From Blasia pusilla (Eukaryota): DNA of 64,000 bases. The DNA is taken from positions 46,190,001 through 46,254,000 of the forward strand of contig CM114271.1 of the NCBI GenBank assembly GCA_050084515.1, given 5' to 3'. The notes beneath the pieces are model-generated. The model worked only from the letters and a program-made list of their open reading frames with translations, was not told where the DNA came from and did no database searches. The position numbers were made by a program, and so were the translations under genes. Shown piece by piece: positions 53,058 to 64,000 of the stretch (positions are counted from its first letter, which is position 1; the number at the start of each line of letters is the position of its first letter).

Positions 53058-53277
53058 TATACCTCAAGGAGAGAGAGCTTGAGAGCTCATTCTCTCTTTG
53101 TTGAACCTCTTGGCATGAGGCGGCGGAGCTATGGTACCTTGCCTTGTGAGTGTAACCCAAGCCTCTCATTAGGAGAGTGGGTTTGGTTTGACATGAGAGA
53201 GAGTGCACACCTTTGAGAGCTATGGTGTGAGATGGTGGAGAGAGAGATTGGATCTTACTTTACAAAGAGAGAATGAG
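53058..53277 (+). promoter_or_regulatory. TATA-like site, predicted transcript start and self-priming PBS of element 2
   Basis: TATA at 53058. CTCATTCTCTCTTTGT 53086-53101 is the exact reverse complement of ACAAAGAGAGAATGAG 53262-53277. Confidence 0.8.
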
Positions 53278-53854
53278 AGAATGAGAGAGTGAGAGAGCTT
53301 CATGGGGGAGCTCGCGGGTCACTCGCTGTTTTTGCAGGTTGGGGACCGTGTTTCCCGTTCAGCCGCTCATGGGAGTGCTCACCGGAGCAAGGGCTGCTTT
53401 CATTACTCTTTGCATTTGCCGATGTTTCGTGTGGAAGAGTGGCGCGCGGAAGCGCTGCCCAATTTCTGATAGGGATTGAGTATGGGCGCGGGTTGCCCAA
53501 TGCTGGTGCTCTTGGGAGCACCATGTAGCTTGCTGATATGTATTTTTACAGATGTTACATTTTCGTTGGGAGAAATCAGCGCGGGAGCGCTGCCGAATTT
53601 TGTGTAGGAGAAAGAGACATTGGGCTTTACGACAGTCCCCGTCAATTTTTACTGAAATGTTCGATTTTAAATATTTTTTGATGGTAGCGTAGATTGTGAA
53701 GCTGTGCATGCTGTGCAACAAACAGTGCACAATTTAGAGTTGCGAGCAAAAAGTTATGGGCAATCTTGTAAAGCTGCCATTGCTAGGTGATTTTTAGGGT
53801 TAAATCGTGCAAACCCTAAATCAGCCGCCACACCGGCGGCGGCCGTCGCCATCA

Positions 53855-53980
53855 TAGTCACCGTCAACGGTCGACGGTCAACCGTCAAAATCAACAGTCA
53901 ACCGTCACAATCAATAGTCAACCATCACCGTCGACGGTCAACCGTCACTGTCAAGGGTCCACCGTCCATTGTCCACCGTT
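53855..53980. repeat. Short degenerate ACCGTCA/GTCAA repeat tract in the 5' leader of element 2
   Basis: Many accgtca, acggtca and acagtca units. Confidence 0.75.
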
Positions 53981-55079
53981 TGGGTGCCATTGCCGCCATT
54001 ACGGAGTGGAGGGTCTTCCATGACGTTCGTTGATTCCTTGATTTGCGTCGCCACCACGTACTTTGTTTTTGGCCGCCACCGTCATCGCAGTTTCTTCATC
54101 AACCAATGAAGGCAGATGACCTCCGGTTATGGTGTTTGAGTTTTGATTTCATGCTGCTATGTTGTGATTGGTAGCCGCTCGACGACGATCGAGTATCGTG
54201 CCGTGACGCCCGTAGCCGCAACGCGCGCCGCCGATTGCAGCCGCGCCGTGCGCTCGTGGCACACCGCACCATCTCGTCGCGAGCCGCACCGTCATTGTGG
54301 AGCGAGTGTGGGATTATTATTGATTGAGGAGGGTATGCGCCGAGTGCCGCATCCCACCATCGAGGGCCATGCCGTTCAGAGCCGCGTGCGCCGCTGCAAC
54401 GCCGCACCGTTCATTGGGACCGCACTGTCTATCGAGGAGTTTTGAGCAGCATGAGTATGGGAGGAGTATGACTTGCTGATTGGAGGAGTTGTCTCCATGA
54501 TCAAGTTGGGGTCGAGATTTGCAGTTGCTGAGGAGCGACATCGACATGTGTTCGAGTTACCCATTTCGGTCCTTTACCCCGCACGTGTGAGGGATTTAGG
54601 ATTTATTTGGGGATATTGGGTGTGTGGATCGAGAGCATCATTTATGTATGTGGTTTAGGGGACATAGACCTGTGTGGGATGTCCGGAGTTGAGGGTAGGT
54701 TGTCGATGAGATGATAGCCTGGTCGATTTGCCGCACCCCGCCGCATGTTTCCGCACGTTACACGTCTCGGGGAGAGAGAGTGTAGATCGAGTGCCGCATG
54801 TTTGGGATGAGTGATTGAGGGATTCCTCACGAGGTTGAGTGATCGGGTGAGAGGGGCACGAGGGTCATCACGAGTCTGCTCGGGACTTTGAGAGGCGAGG
54901 TGGTGAACCCGAGAGTAGCTCTAGAGGTTTTACGCGGAGTGGCGCGAGGTTTCGAGGGTCTCCACGTGAGGGACCACCTCGACCTCCTTCTGTGTCATCG
55001 TCAGACAAGGGGGAGGGTGTAGAGGAGTTTGTGAGCACATCGCCACACATTGTGAGTGGTCCTACCGGTTGGGCGTTTG

Positions 55080-57400
55080 AGATGGAGGACCGGGGTAGAG
55101 GACCGCGAGGTTTTCAGGATCTGATGAGGGCACGATTGAGTTGCACGATTTTATAGCGAGTTTAGGAGTTGGTGCGACTCCCGGTAGGCCAAGAACTCTA
55201 GAGAGTTCAACCCATTTACAGCATGGAACGGTATGTTCCAGCATTTAGAGGGGGCGCCCATGGACGATTACCATGAGTTCTCTCAGAGATATGCATGTGA
55301 GATCGAGGCGTGGAGGCTCTACTATGACCCACATTATATGTCATGGACGGAGCCGTTCCCAGATGAGGAGGAGGAGTCAGGAGAGGCTACTACCTCTTCC
55401 ACTAGTGACGTTTTAGGAGGGTCACTCGACGACGGAGCAGCGATTGCACCGTCTAGTCGGGTTCGCCCCAGGTTCAACCCCGTGGTTGAGTTCTTTCTTT
55501 GAGTTGAGGGCGAGCTACCAGGGGGTACGGACGGAGAAGTTGCGGAGCATCCACGACTTCCAGAGGCGCTCGGGTGAGAGTTTGCGTGAGGCTTACACTC
55601 GCTTGCGCCGGTTGATCAACATCACTCAGGGGGTGACAGAGGCTCAGGCTATCTAGTCATGGTATGCGATGTTGGACCGGACCCTGCGGACACAGGTGCG
55701 GGAGGGGGTGCTTCTTATGAACACCTCCCCTACGTTGAGAGATGTTTTTAGGACCGCCGAGAACATTGAGCGCAACATGGCGGAGGAGAGCGTAGCCACC
55801 ATGGGTTCTGGGCGAGAGCAGCCACGATTGTCCGCACCACGTGCAAAGAACGTGGACTCCGAGATAGTTCGACTGTGGCACCACGAGCTCAGGGAGGATA
55901 CCGAGAGGCCGTGCCACAGAGACCTGCGCCTTCATATGCGGCTCAGCAGCAGCCGCCTACTATTACTTGTCGGTCATGTGGTGGAGCCCATCATCAGCGC
56001 GATTGCACTCGTCAGGGTCATGGACGTGTGCCTCAAAGATGGAGGAGGAGATGGTCTTTGCACCAGGAGGTTATCAGTGTGACTATTGTCGAGGTATGGT
56101 CATACACGCGCCAGGTGTTTTAGTTTACATCCTGAGTTACGCCTGGACCGAGGGCGAGAGGGCACCAGAGCGAGTAGCCGGTCCGGGTGGGCCTAGAGAT
56201 CGTGCTCCAGGTGGTCCCGTTGGGGGACGAGGAGCTGGAGTTGCCCGACAGGGTGGTGGAGTTGCCCATGGAGGAGGTAGAGTACCACCACCTAGACGCG
56301 CCGAGGGAGATGCCGGACGTGAGGCTGGGATGGCTGCTCAGATACAACAGCTACAGGAGCAGATTGCCGCTATGGCATTGAGGTTACCCGATGCCGGATC
56401 CGTGGCATCGACATCATATGGAGCAGCCAGAGATCTAGAGGATCTGGATGGATGTGCGGGGTTGCCCAGATGGAGGCCGCCGCAGTTGTGACGCGTGGAG
56501 CAGCCACAGAGTTGGATCCATAGCAAGGGGAAGCTAGTAGACAGACTAGGCTTCCTCAATCTTTCACGTTGTCCGAAGCGATGAGGACCCCATCGATGGG
56601 TCCTCATCAAAGTTCCTGGAGAGTTGGTAATGTTGTTGGTGTGCAAGCACGGAGGGCGATGGGAGAAGCGAGTGTGACGACTCCTATTGTTGATGCTCAG
56701 GAGGGGCATGTGTCGAGCACGTTGTTGGGGGCGGCCACCGTTGTGTACCGCACTCCTTTATTTTCTCGCTTCCGATGTTGTGCGTTGGGAGGTACGCCCG
56801 CCGAGGGGCTGGCCGCTTCACTATGTGAGCGAGTTGGAGTTCTGCATCACGTCGTGAGGTGATTGCAGAGGAGGTGATGGACCTGCCCTTGGAGCGGATG
56901 CCGGGCCGCCCACGTCATATTCATGGCAGTCGCGGGTCGCTAGGATGGCGAGATGCCTGCTAGACCCGCAATAGAGCGTGCCATGGCTTCTCCTGGTGTT
57001 GTGTTGCTGGATAACCGAGGAGAGGTCTTCGGTTGGTGAGTCCTCGGAGGTAGAGCTTTTAGTCCGCAAAGACGTCTTGTTGGATTCAGGAGCGCAACCC
57101 TTGATGTTGGGGAAAGCGTCATTGAGGATTGGGCTTGACGAGAGCCGATGTGGAGTGTTGTCCATTTCGGATCTGAGACATCCTTGGGTGGAGCGAGTAG
57201 TACCACAATATATCACCCGACATGAGGTCGTGGTGAGGATTCGCCGGGACATCCTGAGATGAGTCCGTAGCGCGCCAAGGCGATAGTGGATCGATCCGAG
57301 TCCTACGACGTCTTGGTTGGTGGAGCGATGTTATACCCGATGGGGTTTTCCCTGGATTCTTGGGAGGAGTCGTCCTATAGACCAGGATGGCGTCGGTGAT
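55080..57400 (+). pseudogene. Element 2 gag and protease (disrupted)
   Basis: MFQHLEGAPMDDY, FQRRSGESLREAY, CRSCGGAHHQRDC, LLDSGAQPLM, YDVLVG. Confidence 0.8.
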
Positions 57401-57779
57401 GGGCGCCTTAGCTCATTACCCGTTCGATTCACAGTGCGATGATCGAGCAACGGCCTGGAGAGATGGCGACCTTAGCAGCATTTAGCAGTGCCATCACTTG
57501 GCCTAGTGATTTGATTGAGGGACATGTCCATGCAGAGGATACTCCCGTTCTTGACATTTCTATGGAGAGGAGTGTTATGGTAGCCTGCATCATTCTGGTG
57601 GAGGAGAGGTGCACTGTGGGGCTCGGACCGAGGAGCTTCAACGATTGGATGATGCGACACGCGCACCGCATGGAGCGAGGCGTTTGCACCAGAGCGTGAC
57701 GGGTCTGAGGAACCCGAGGTAGCGGGGAGTGCTACGATGACACCCTTGGATACTACACCCATTGTGTGGTGTACCCGGA

Positions 57780-58731
57780 GGAGGGTATTCGAGTGTTAGA
57801 TCTCTTTGGAGGGATTAGCACCGGGTTAGCTGTTGTTTTGCAGGCAGGAGTGCGAGTACAGCAGTACTTATATGTGGAGAGTGATGATGTTGCAGGCGCG
57901 TCTCACTACGACATGTGGCGCAATTACGCCCTCGTTTTCCCGACTTATTGTGTGCGTCCGCAGATCTGGTACCGAGTTCCCTACCGAGGATATTTTGTTG
58001 TTGGGGGGCGCAGGACTTAGAGCGGTAGGGACCATTGATTTGGTCATTGCCGGTTGGCCATGTCAGGCCAATCGAGTCCGGACGAGGCGGCGGGTTGGTG
58101 ACACTCCATCCGGTTGTTTCGGGAGATGTTGAGGGTCTTACGGCGATTCTGGAGCACCAGTCTCGTTCTCCGGCCTACATTCGGAGAATGTGCCGATCTT
58201 AGAGACTCAGTCACGGGTCGTGACGAGTGCTCATCAGGTGCGTGCCTGGATCGGCCCAGCAGTGTTCTTGGATGCGGCGAGTGTAGGTTCTAGAGCCCAT
58301 CGCCCGCGTCTATGGTGGACCAACTTGGTGCCCCATGCGGTGTTATGGAGGGCGTATGCGAGAGTGGAGCGCCCCTCCCCTTTGTTAGTGGATTCCATTC
58401 GGATCCAAGTCGCCGATCACAGCGGTGAGGCACGATGATCGACCACCGCCGATCGTGGGTCACGGGGTAGGCAGGCCGTGGCGCCTTGCCCACGTTTGTG
58501 AGTTTTCCTGCTTCCTATGCATACAAGGAGGCCGGTCCTGGCTTGGTTTGGGATGACCAGGTTCAGCGGTTGGTGGAGCCCAACGCCGACGAGAGAGAGC
58601 GAGCGATGGGATTTCCCACAGGAGTGACGGCAGTACCATCAGTGTCAGAGGCATCACGACGCCATGTCTTGGGTCAGGCGATGGACCTGAACTGCTTGAC
58701 ATGGATCCTTAGCTTGGGAGTGGCTGAGTAG
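57780..58731 (+). pseudogene. Element 2 DNMT3-like C5 cytosine methyltransferase domain (frameshifted)
   Basis: GIRVLDLFGGISTG; YLYVE; DLVIAGWPCQ; ENV at ~58184; GSRAHRPRLWWTNL; ERERAMGFPTGVT; LGQAMDLNCLTWI. Confidence 0.92.
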
Positions 58732-59058
58732 TGTCGTATGAGATCGCGACAGATCACAACGGTTGCGTTGGTGAGCCCCATGCCTACCGAGACGGTGGAG
58801 GAAGTGGCTAGGGGCGAGACCCGAGGAGATCTACGCACCATGGGAGATCGGGAGAGACACCCTTGGACTTCTTGGGATGTTTTGAAGGTACGCAAGGAGA
58901 TGATAGCCACAGCATTGAGCGTGGTTTCGGGCACTGCACGTGGAGGAGATCAGAGTTTGCAGTTGGCTGTAGGAGAGCGGCCGAGTGTTGTTGTTCGAGA
59001 CGGGGTTGCACCATAGCAACCACCGATACCCGCGCCGGAGAGTCCTACCGTAGTCACG

Positions 59059-62000
59059 ATGGAGACTTGGGAGCTAGATATGGGCCCTAAGTTGACAGGA
59101 GGAGAGCGGCGCCGAATACATCAGTTCCTCAGGAGTTATAGGAGCTGCTTTGCGTTTAGCATGGAGGATTTGGGTACGCTGAAGGGACCGGGGATCCGCA
59201 TTGAGTTGTCGAGTGATATGCCGATCTTCCGACGACTCTATAGGTACAGTGATATGGAGAGGGCTCTGATTCACAGTAGGAGCCAAGACTTGGTCGGAGC
59301 AGGACTAGTGGAGATGTCGCATGGGGAGTATGCATCTGCCACTGTCATGCCCGCCAAGAAGGATGTGCATGGCAACTGGACGAATAGGCGGATGTGTGGG
59401 GATTACCGACCTATCAATCGGCAGACAAAGTCCGATAGGTATGCCATGCCCACCCCTGAGGAGATCTTTGATGCGATTGGTCACGCAAAGGTCTTCAGTT
59501 CATTGGATTTTCGAGTTGGATACCATCAGCTGCCTATCAGATTGGAGGACAGGCAGAAGACGGCATTTTGGGGCATCGATCCTCACGGGAAGGATTGTTT
59601 GTACCAGTGGCGGTTCTTACCATTTGGGTTGAAGAACGCCCCGGCTGAGTTTCAGAGGGTCATGGATAGGATCTTGGCTGTTCTGGATTTTGCTAGGTGT
59701 TATATTGATGACATCGTAGTCTTTAGCGCCACGGTTGAGGAGCATGAGCAACATCTAGAGGAGGTGTTTCGACGATTGCAATTACATGGGCTGAAGCTAC
59801 ATCGAGGCAAGTGCAAGTTCTTCTACGACCAGATTTAGTACTTGGGTCATACGATATACCCAGGGGGCCTTGGTGTTCAGCAGACAAAGGTAGAGGCTAT
59901 CTCACGCATTCCACGCCCTACAGATGTGAGCCGTGTTCGCGCATTCATGAGATTGGCGAACTTCTATCGGCGATACGTCAAGGGATTGATTCGAATGGGC
60001 GCTGACCTTGCTCACCAAGGTGGATCACGAGTGGCACTGGGGGGATGAGCAGAGCGAGCATTTCGATTGCTCAGGACGAGTTGACATCCGCACCCATCTT
60101 GAGGAGACCGATCGGGCGTCCTTTCCGATTGCACCTGATTGGAGCATGTTGGGGCTTGGAGCGGTGCTCACCCAACATGATGATGAGGGTAGAGAGTTTG
60201 TGGTGGCTTACGCTAGCCGCTCGAACAACGCCGCAGAGGTAATCACTCGTATGAGGGTGAGTGCTTGGTGCGGTGTGGGTCGCGCATTTCATGTGTTACT
60301 TATTCGGCAACCCCTTTACCATCATCACTGATCATCAACCACTGAAGTGGTTGATGGAGTCCGACAAGCTTACATGGAAGCTTGCGAGATGGGCTCTGTT
60401 GTTGCAGGAAAATGATTTTCAGGTGGTACATAGACCTGGAACGCTCAACCAGGATGCAGATGGGTTGAGTCGTAACCCATGCCCGAGTCAACGAGATGCG
60501 ACTGGAGCTCGATGGCATGGAGAGAGTGGTGAGGAGTTGGTGCCAGGATGGCACGCGTCAGCCTATTTAGGCATGTTGGCTATGGAGAGCCAGAGTGTGG
60601 AGACTTCGATGGTGAGGTCTAGTGGAGAGTCTTTGGATCCCGAGGCCAGTGAGGACACGACAAGTGGCCGAGATATTCATGATGATGGAGTAGTCTTGGA
60701 GTACCTTCGTACTGGCAGCCTTGCAAGCACCATGGATGCTAGAGAGCGGGATCGGATCCTACAGCGGGCCAGACGGTTCCGTTGGGAGGGGACACATGTT
60801 TTGAGGGTTTGGGAGGATGGCGAGTACGCGGCGAGTGCCGCATCCTTTGCAGAGAGCACGACTAGTGCAGCATGCCCACGAGGAGTTGGGTCACTTTGGG
60901 GTGAAGCGGACATATAGCTTGCTCCGATTCAGTATTAGTGGCGAGGCATGCAGACCGGCGTTCAGCAGATTTGTTGCCAGGTGCATGGTGTGTGATCGGG
61001 TCCGAGCATCGCGTTCAATGCTCCGACTCTACGCGATTGCATCCATTACCGATCATGGGCTTAGGATATAGATGGAGTTTGGATTTTGCAGGACCTTTGC
61101 CCTTGACGGAGCGTCCACGATCGTTATGTGTTGGTGATGGTGAGCACTTCTCGAAGTGGATCGAGTTGGTTGCATTGCACGACAAAGCAAGTGAGGGAGT
61201 AGCTTATGCCTTCCTTGACAGAGTCTTTGAGTCATTATGGCGCACCAGGTGAGGTGTTGCTGACCAGAGTGTACCGAGTTTATTTGTGAGTTCCAGGCCT
61301 TGTGTGATCGGGCGTTGATCGACCACCCGACGACTTGCGAGATCATCCTGAGGCGGATGGATTAGCGGAGAGAGTTGTGCAGACGGTGAAGAGGGTTTAT
61401 GCAAGTATGGCTTGCAGAGAGGTCACCTAGAGATTGGGACCTTGGTTGCCATGGTTGGCGATGGGATCTGATTCAGCAGGCAGGCATCCTTAGCGTCTTT
61501 TTCACCGTACTTGCTACTTTATGGCCGAGAGCCAGATTTATCTGCGGCCATTCGTCGAGATGTTGGTGAGGTGCTGAACCTTGATGACCCAGATGTATGG
61601 GTGCGAGCATGTTCTCAGAGGGTTGAGTTATTTCGGAGAGTGATGCCCATGGCGTTCGAGAACTTGGCGATTGCACAGCATCGGGATACGTTGAGGTATG
61701 CGACTATTCGAGGTGGTGGTTATCGATCAACTATCCGGAGGTTTCATCAAGGAGATTATGTCTATTTGCAGCAGACGGCACCGACGACGTTGGATGTGAT
61801 TGCAGGGCGCACTATCCTGAGAGTGCGTGACATTTTGCCATCGGGTGTTCTCTTGCTAGAGGGACGCGATGGTATGGTATGGAAGGACCATGTGCGTAAT
61901 TGTGCGCCATGTCACCTTCCTAACATTGATGGTACAGTAGATCCGAGCTTAGTAGTAGTTCCTGCAGGCTTGCGTTGTATGTTGTGTGGTTCTGTCCGTG

Positions 62001-62125
62001 GTGCGGCCACGATGCTAGTATGTGATGGGTGTTCGAGAGGATGGCATATGGCATGTTTGACGCCACCTCTCACTAGGGTTCCTCATGGACAATGGATGTG
62101 TCCCAGATGTACATCGAGAAGGTAG
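59059..62125 (+). pseudogene. Element 2 RT, RNaseH, integrase and C-terminal PHD finger
   Basis: RMCGDYR, PFGLKNAP, YIDD; DWSMLGLGAVL, DADGLSR; HEELGHFG..CMVC, SLDFAG, GLAER; intact C4HC3 CMLC..CDGC..WHMAC..WMCPRC. Confidence 0.94.
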
Positions 62126-64000
62126 TTCTACATTCTGACTTGTGTCTATGACATGGATGACAAGGAGGCGACTAACGATGGGGCCACATGAGCACCCGGC
62201 CTTCTTGCTCTTAGCGTCAGAGATGTATGTCATGGTAGGTAGGGATAGATGGCTATCCGGAGTTAGAGGACCTAACCACCAGCTAGGGGGCGATTGGAGA
62301 TATTTTGGTTCTTCTTGTCTCGTTGTTTGGATGCCATGAGTTGCATGGGATCATGCGTGTTTTGTGTGTGTTCGGTGTGACAAATGATGTATGTTGTGTA
62401 GCGATGTGTATCGCACGGCGGTATCACGTCTTTTAGGATAGATCGGTGGGATCTAATAGAGCGCCTTCATGAGTAGTGGAGGACACTTGATGGAGGTCAA
62501 GGGTGACTGCTTTGAGGCCCTTGGAAATCTGAGATAGCAGGTTTCCCCCGTTCGGCTCATTTGGAGCCATATTGAGGAACTTACTATTTTAGGTAAGTAC
62601 CATTTTGAGTATATGATCGACTTACTATTTTTGTTAAGTGGCCCTTGACCTCCTACATCAGGTCAAGAGCCAAGGAGGTGACTTGGGAGAATAGGTTACC
62701 ATGGAGAGAGCTTGGGAGAGGAGAGGGGTATACCTCAAGGAGAGAGAGCTTGAGAGCTCATTCTCTCTTTGTTGAACCTCTTGGCATGAGGCGGCGGAGC
62801 TATGGTATCTTGCCTTGTGAGTGTAACCCAAGCCTCTCATTAGGAGAGTGGGTTTGGTTTGACATGAGAGAGAGTGCACACCTTTGAGAGCTATGGTGTG
62901 AGATGGTGAAGAGAGAGATTGGATCTTACTTTAATTGGAGATATTTTGGTTCTTCTTGTCTCGTTGTTTGGATGCCATGAGTTGCATGGGATCATGCGTG
63001 TTTGTGTGTGTGTTCGGTGACAGCGATGTATGTTGTGTAGCGATGTGTATGCGCACGACAGATGGTAACCCGGCATCACTCTATAAGGAGAGCGCTATGT
63101 TTGAAATTGCGTATAGGAATCTATGAGCACATTTAGGAGAGAAGGAGGTCCAAAGATCCCAAGAACTTTGGAAATCTCAATCTTAAGTGGGAAAAAGAAG
63201 AACCCAAAGTTCAAGCTTGAGAAGATGAACACATTGGGCCTTAAATTGAAAAGATTGGATCACCATGGAAATAGTTACAAACAAAATTCTAAACGTCCGC
63301 CATAGTCCTCCTCCTCTTCCTCCATTCCACTCCTCAAATTCCTCTATTTTGTGAGTCAAGCATGTGTTGATTATGAATTATCATGGATGAGTCATGATCA
63401 ACACATGCTTGATTTCCAAATAAGGGTATTTATATTTAATTCCATGCATGCTATATACTCCTTTTTAAAATTTACAATATGTTCTATTGAAAATATTTAA
63501 GTCATTCTTTATGAGCCAAAATAAAAAAATCTTAAAATAGCTCTTTTTATGCCATACTTCCAAAAAACCTTTGTGGATTTATGTCTCTTGACGAACCATA
63601 AGAAGTATGTAGGAAAATTATTGGAAACACTTAGCAAGAAAAGCATTATCTACCTAGTGAGATTGAATATGTAATTTTGGATAATTAAAACAAATATTAG
63701 AATTCCAGAAAAATACTTTAGATGTAAAAAAATATAAGAAGTTTTAAAAGAGAAATATTTTTTCCTGTTAACATTATTCACAAAATTATGCCACTTGATG
63801 GAGAAATACTTTTTATCATTTGATTGAGAGATAATGAGAGTTAGATCGATAAGAGATTTTATTGATGCATATTATTGCACAACATCAATTATTATTAATA
63901 TTTTAATTAAAAATTTATGATTTTATCATTCAAAAACCTTTGAGTTTGAAATTATTTTTCAATGAGAATAAATATAAATTTATTACATATTTTACAAAAA

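Larger units (their letters stand above)
52749..63060 (+). mobile_element. Complete Ty3/gypsy retrotransposon 'element 2' with permuted repeats A1-internal-B1-A2-B2
   Basis: A1 52749-53262; B1 62293-62420; A2 62422-62933; B2 62934-63060. Ends TGTC...GACA. GATG on both flanks (52745-52748 and 63061-63064). Confidence 0.93.

Noticed and set aside
52749-62933. Conventional reading with A1 and A2 as the two LTRs
   Set aside because: A2 does not end in CA, there is no TSD at 62934 and no PPT next to A2; the TSD and CA appear only after B2 at 63060
52749-63060. DIRS/Ngaro element, because of split repeats plus a methyltransferase
   Set aside because: It has an aspartic protease and an HHCC-DDE integrase, no tyrosine recombinase was recognised, and the MTase is C5-type rather than adenine-type

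Overview
Eukaryotic, TE-dense genomic DNA from a land plant. A non-flowering lineage is an inference from the TE types. The only clearly intact host gene is a 4-exon TBL/PC-esterase O-acetyltransferase (32702-35795, +). The rest is mostly decayed mobile elements: a spliced ParB-like + beta-class amino-methyltransferase pseudogene whose two introns are filled with palindromic repeats (1-3794), a gypsy gag fragment, a ~1.8 kb foldback, an intron-containing Helitron, a CRE-like RLE non-LTR element and a nested Copia. The main signal is two divergent Ty3/gypsy-type retrotransposons (11821-26657 and 52749-63060). Their polyprotein order is Gag-PR-DNMT3-like C5 methyltransferase-RT-RNaseH-DDE integrase-PHD. 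They have a self-priming PBS instead of a tRNA PBS. Their terminal repeats are permuted: A-internal-B-A-B, with an internal CA-GC-TG junction, TG..CA outer ends and a 4-bp TSD. This is what integration of a 2-LTR circle cut inside one LTR would produce. All calls come from reading motifs by eye; no searches were run, and many frameshifts may be decay or assembly error.
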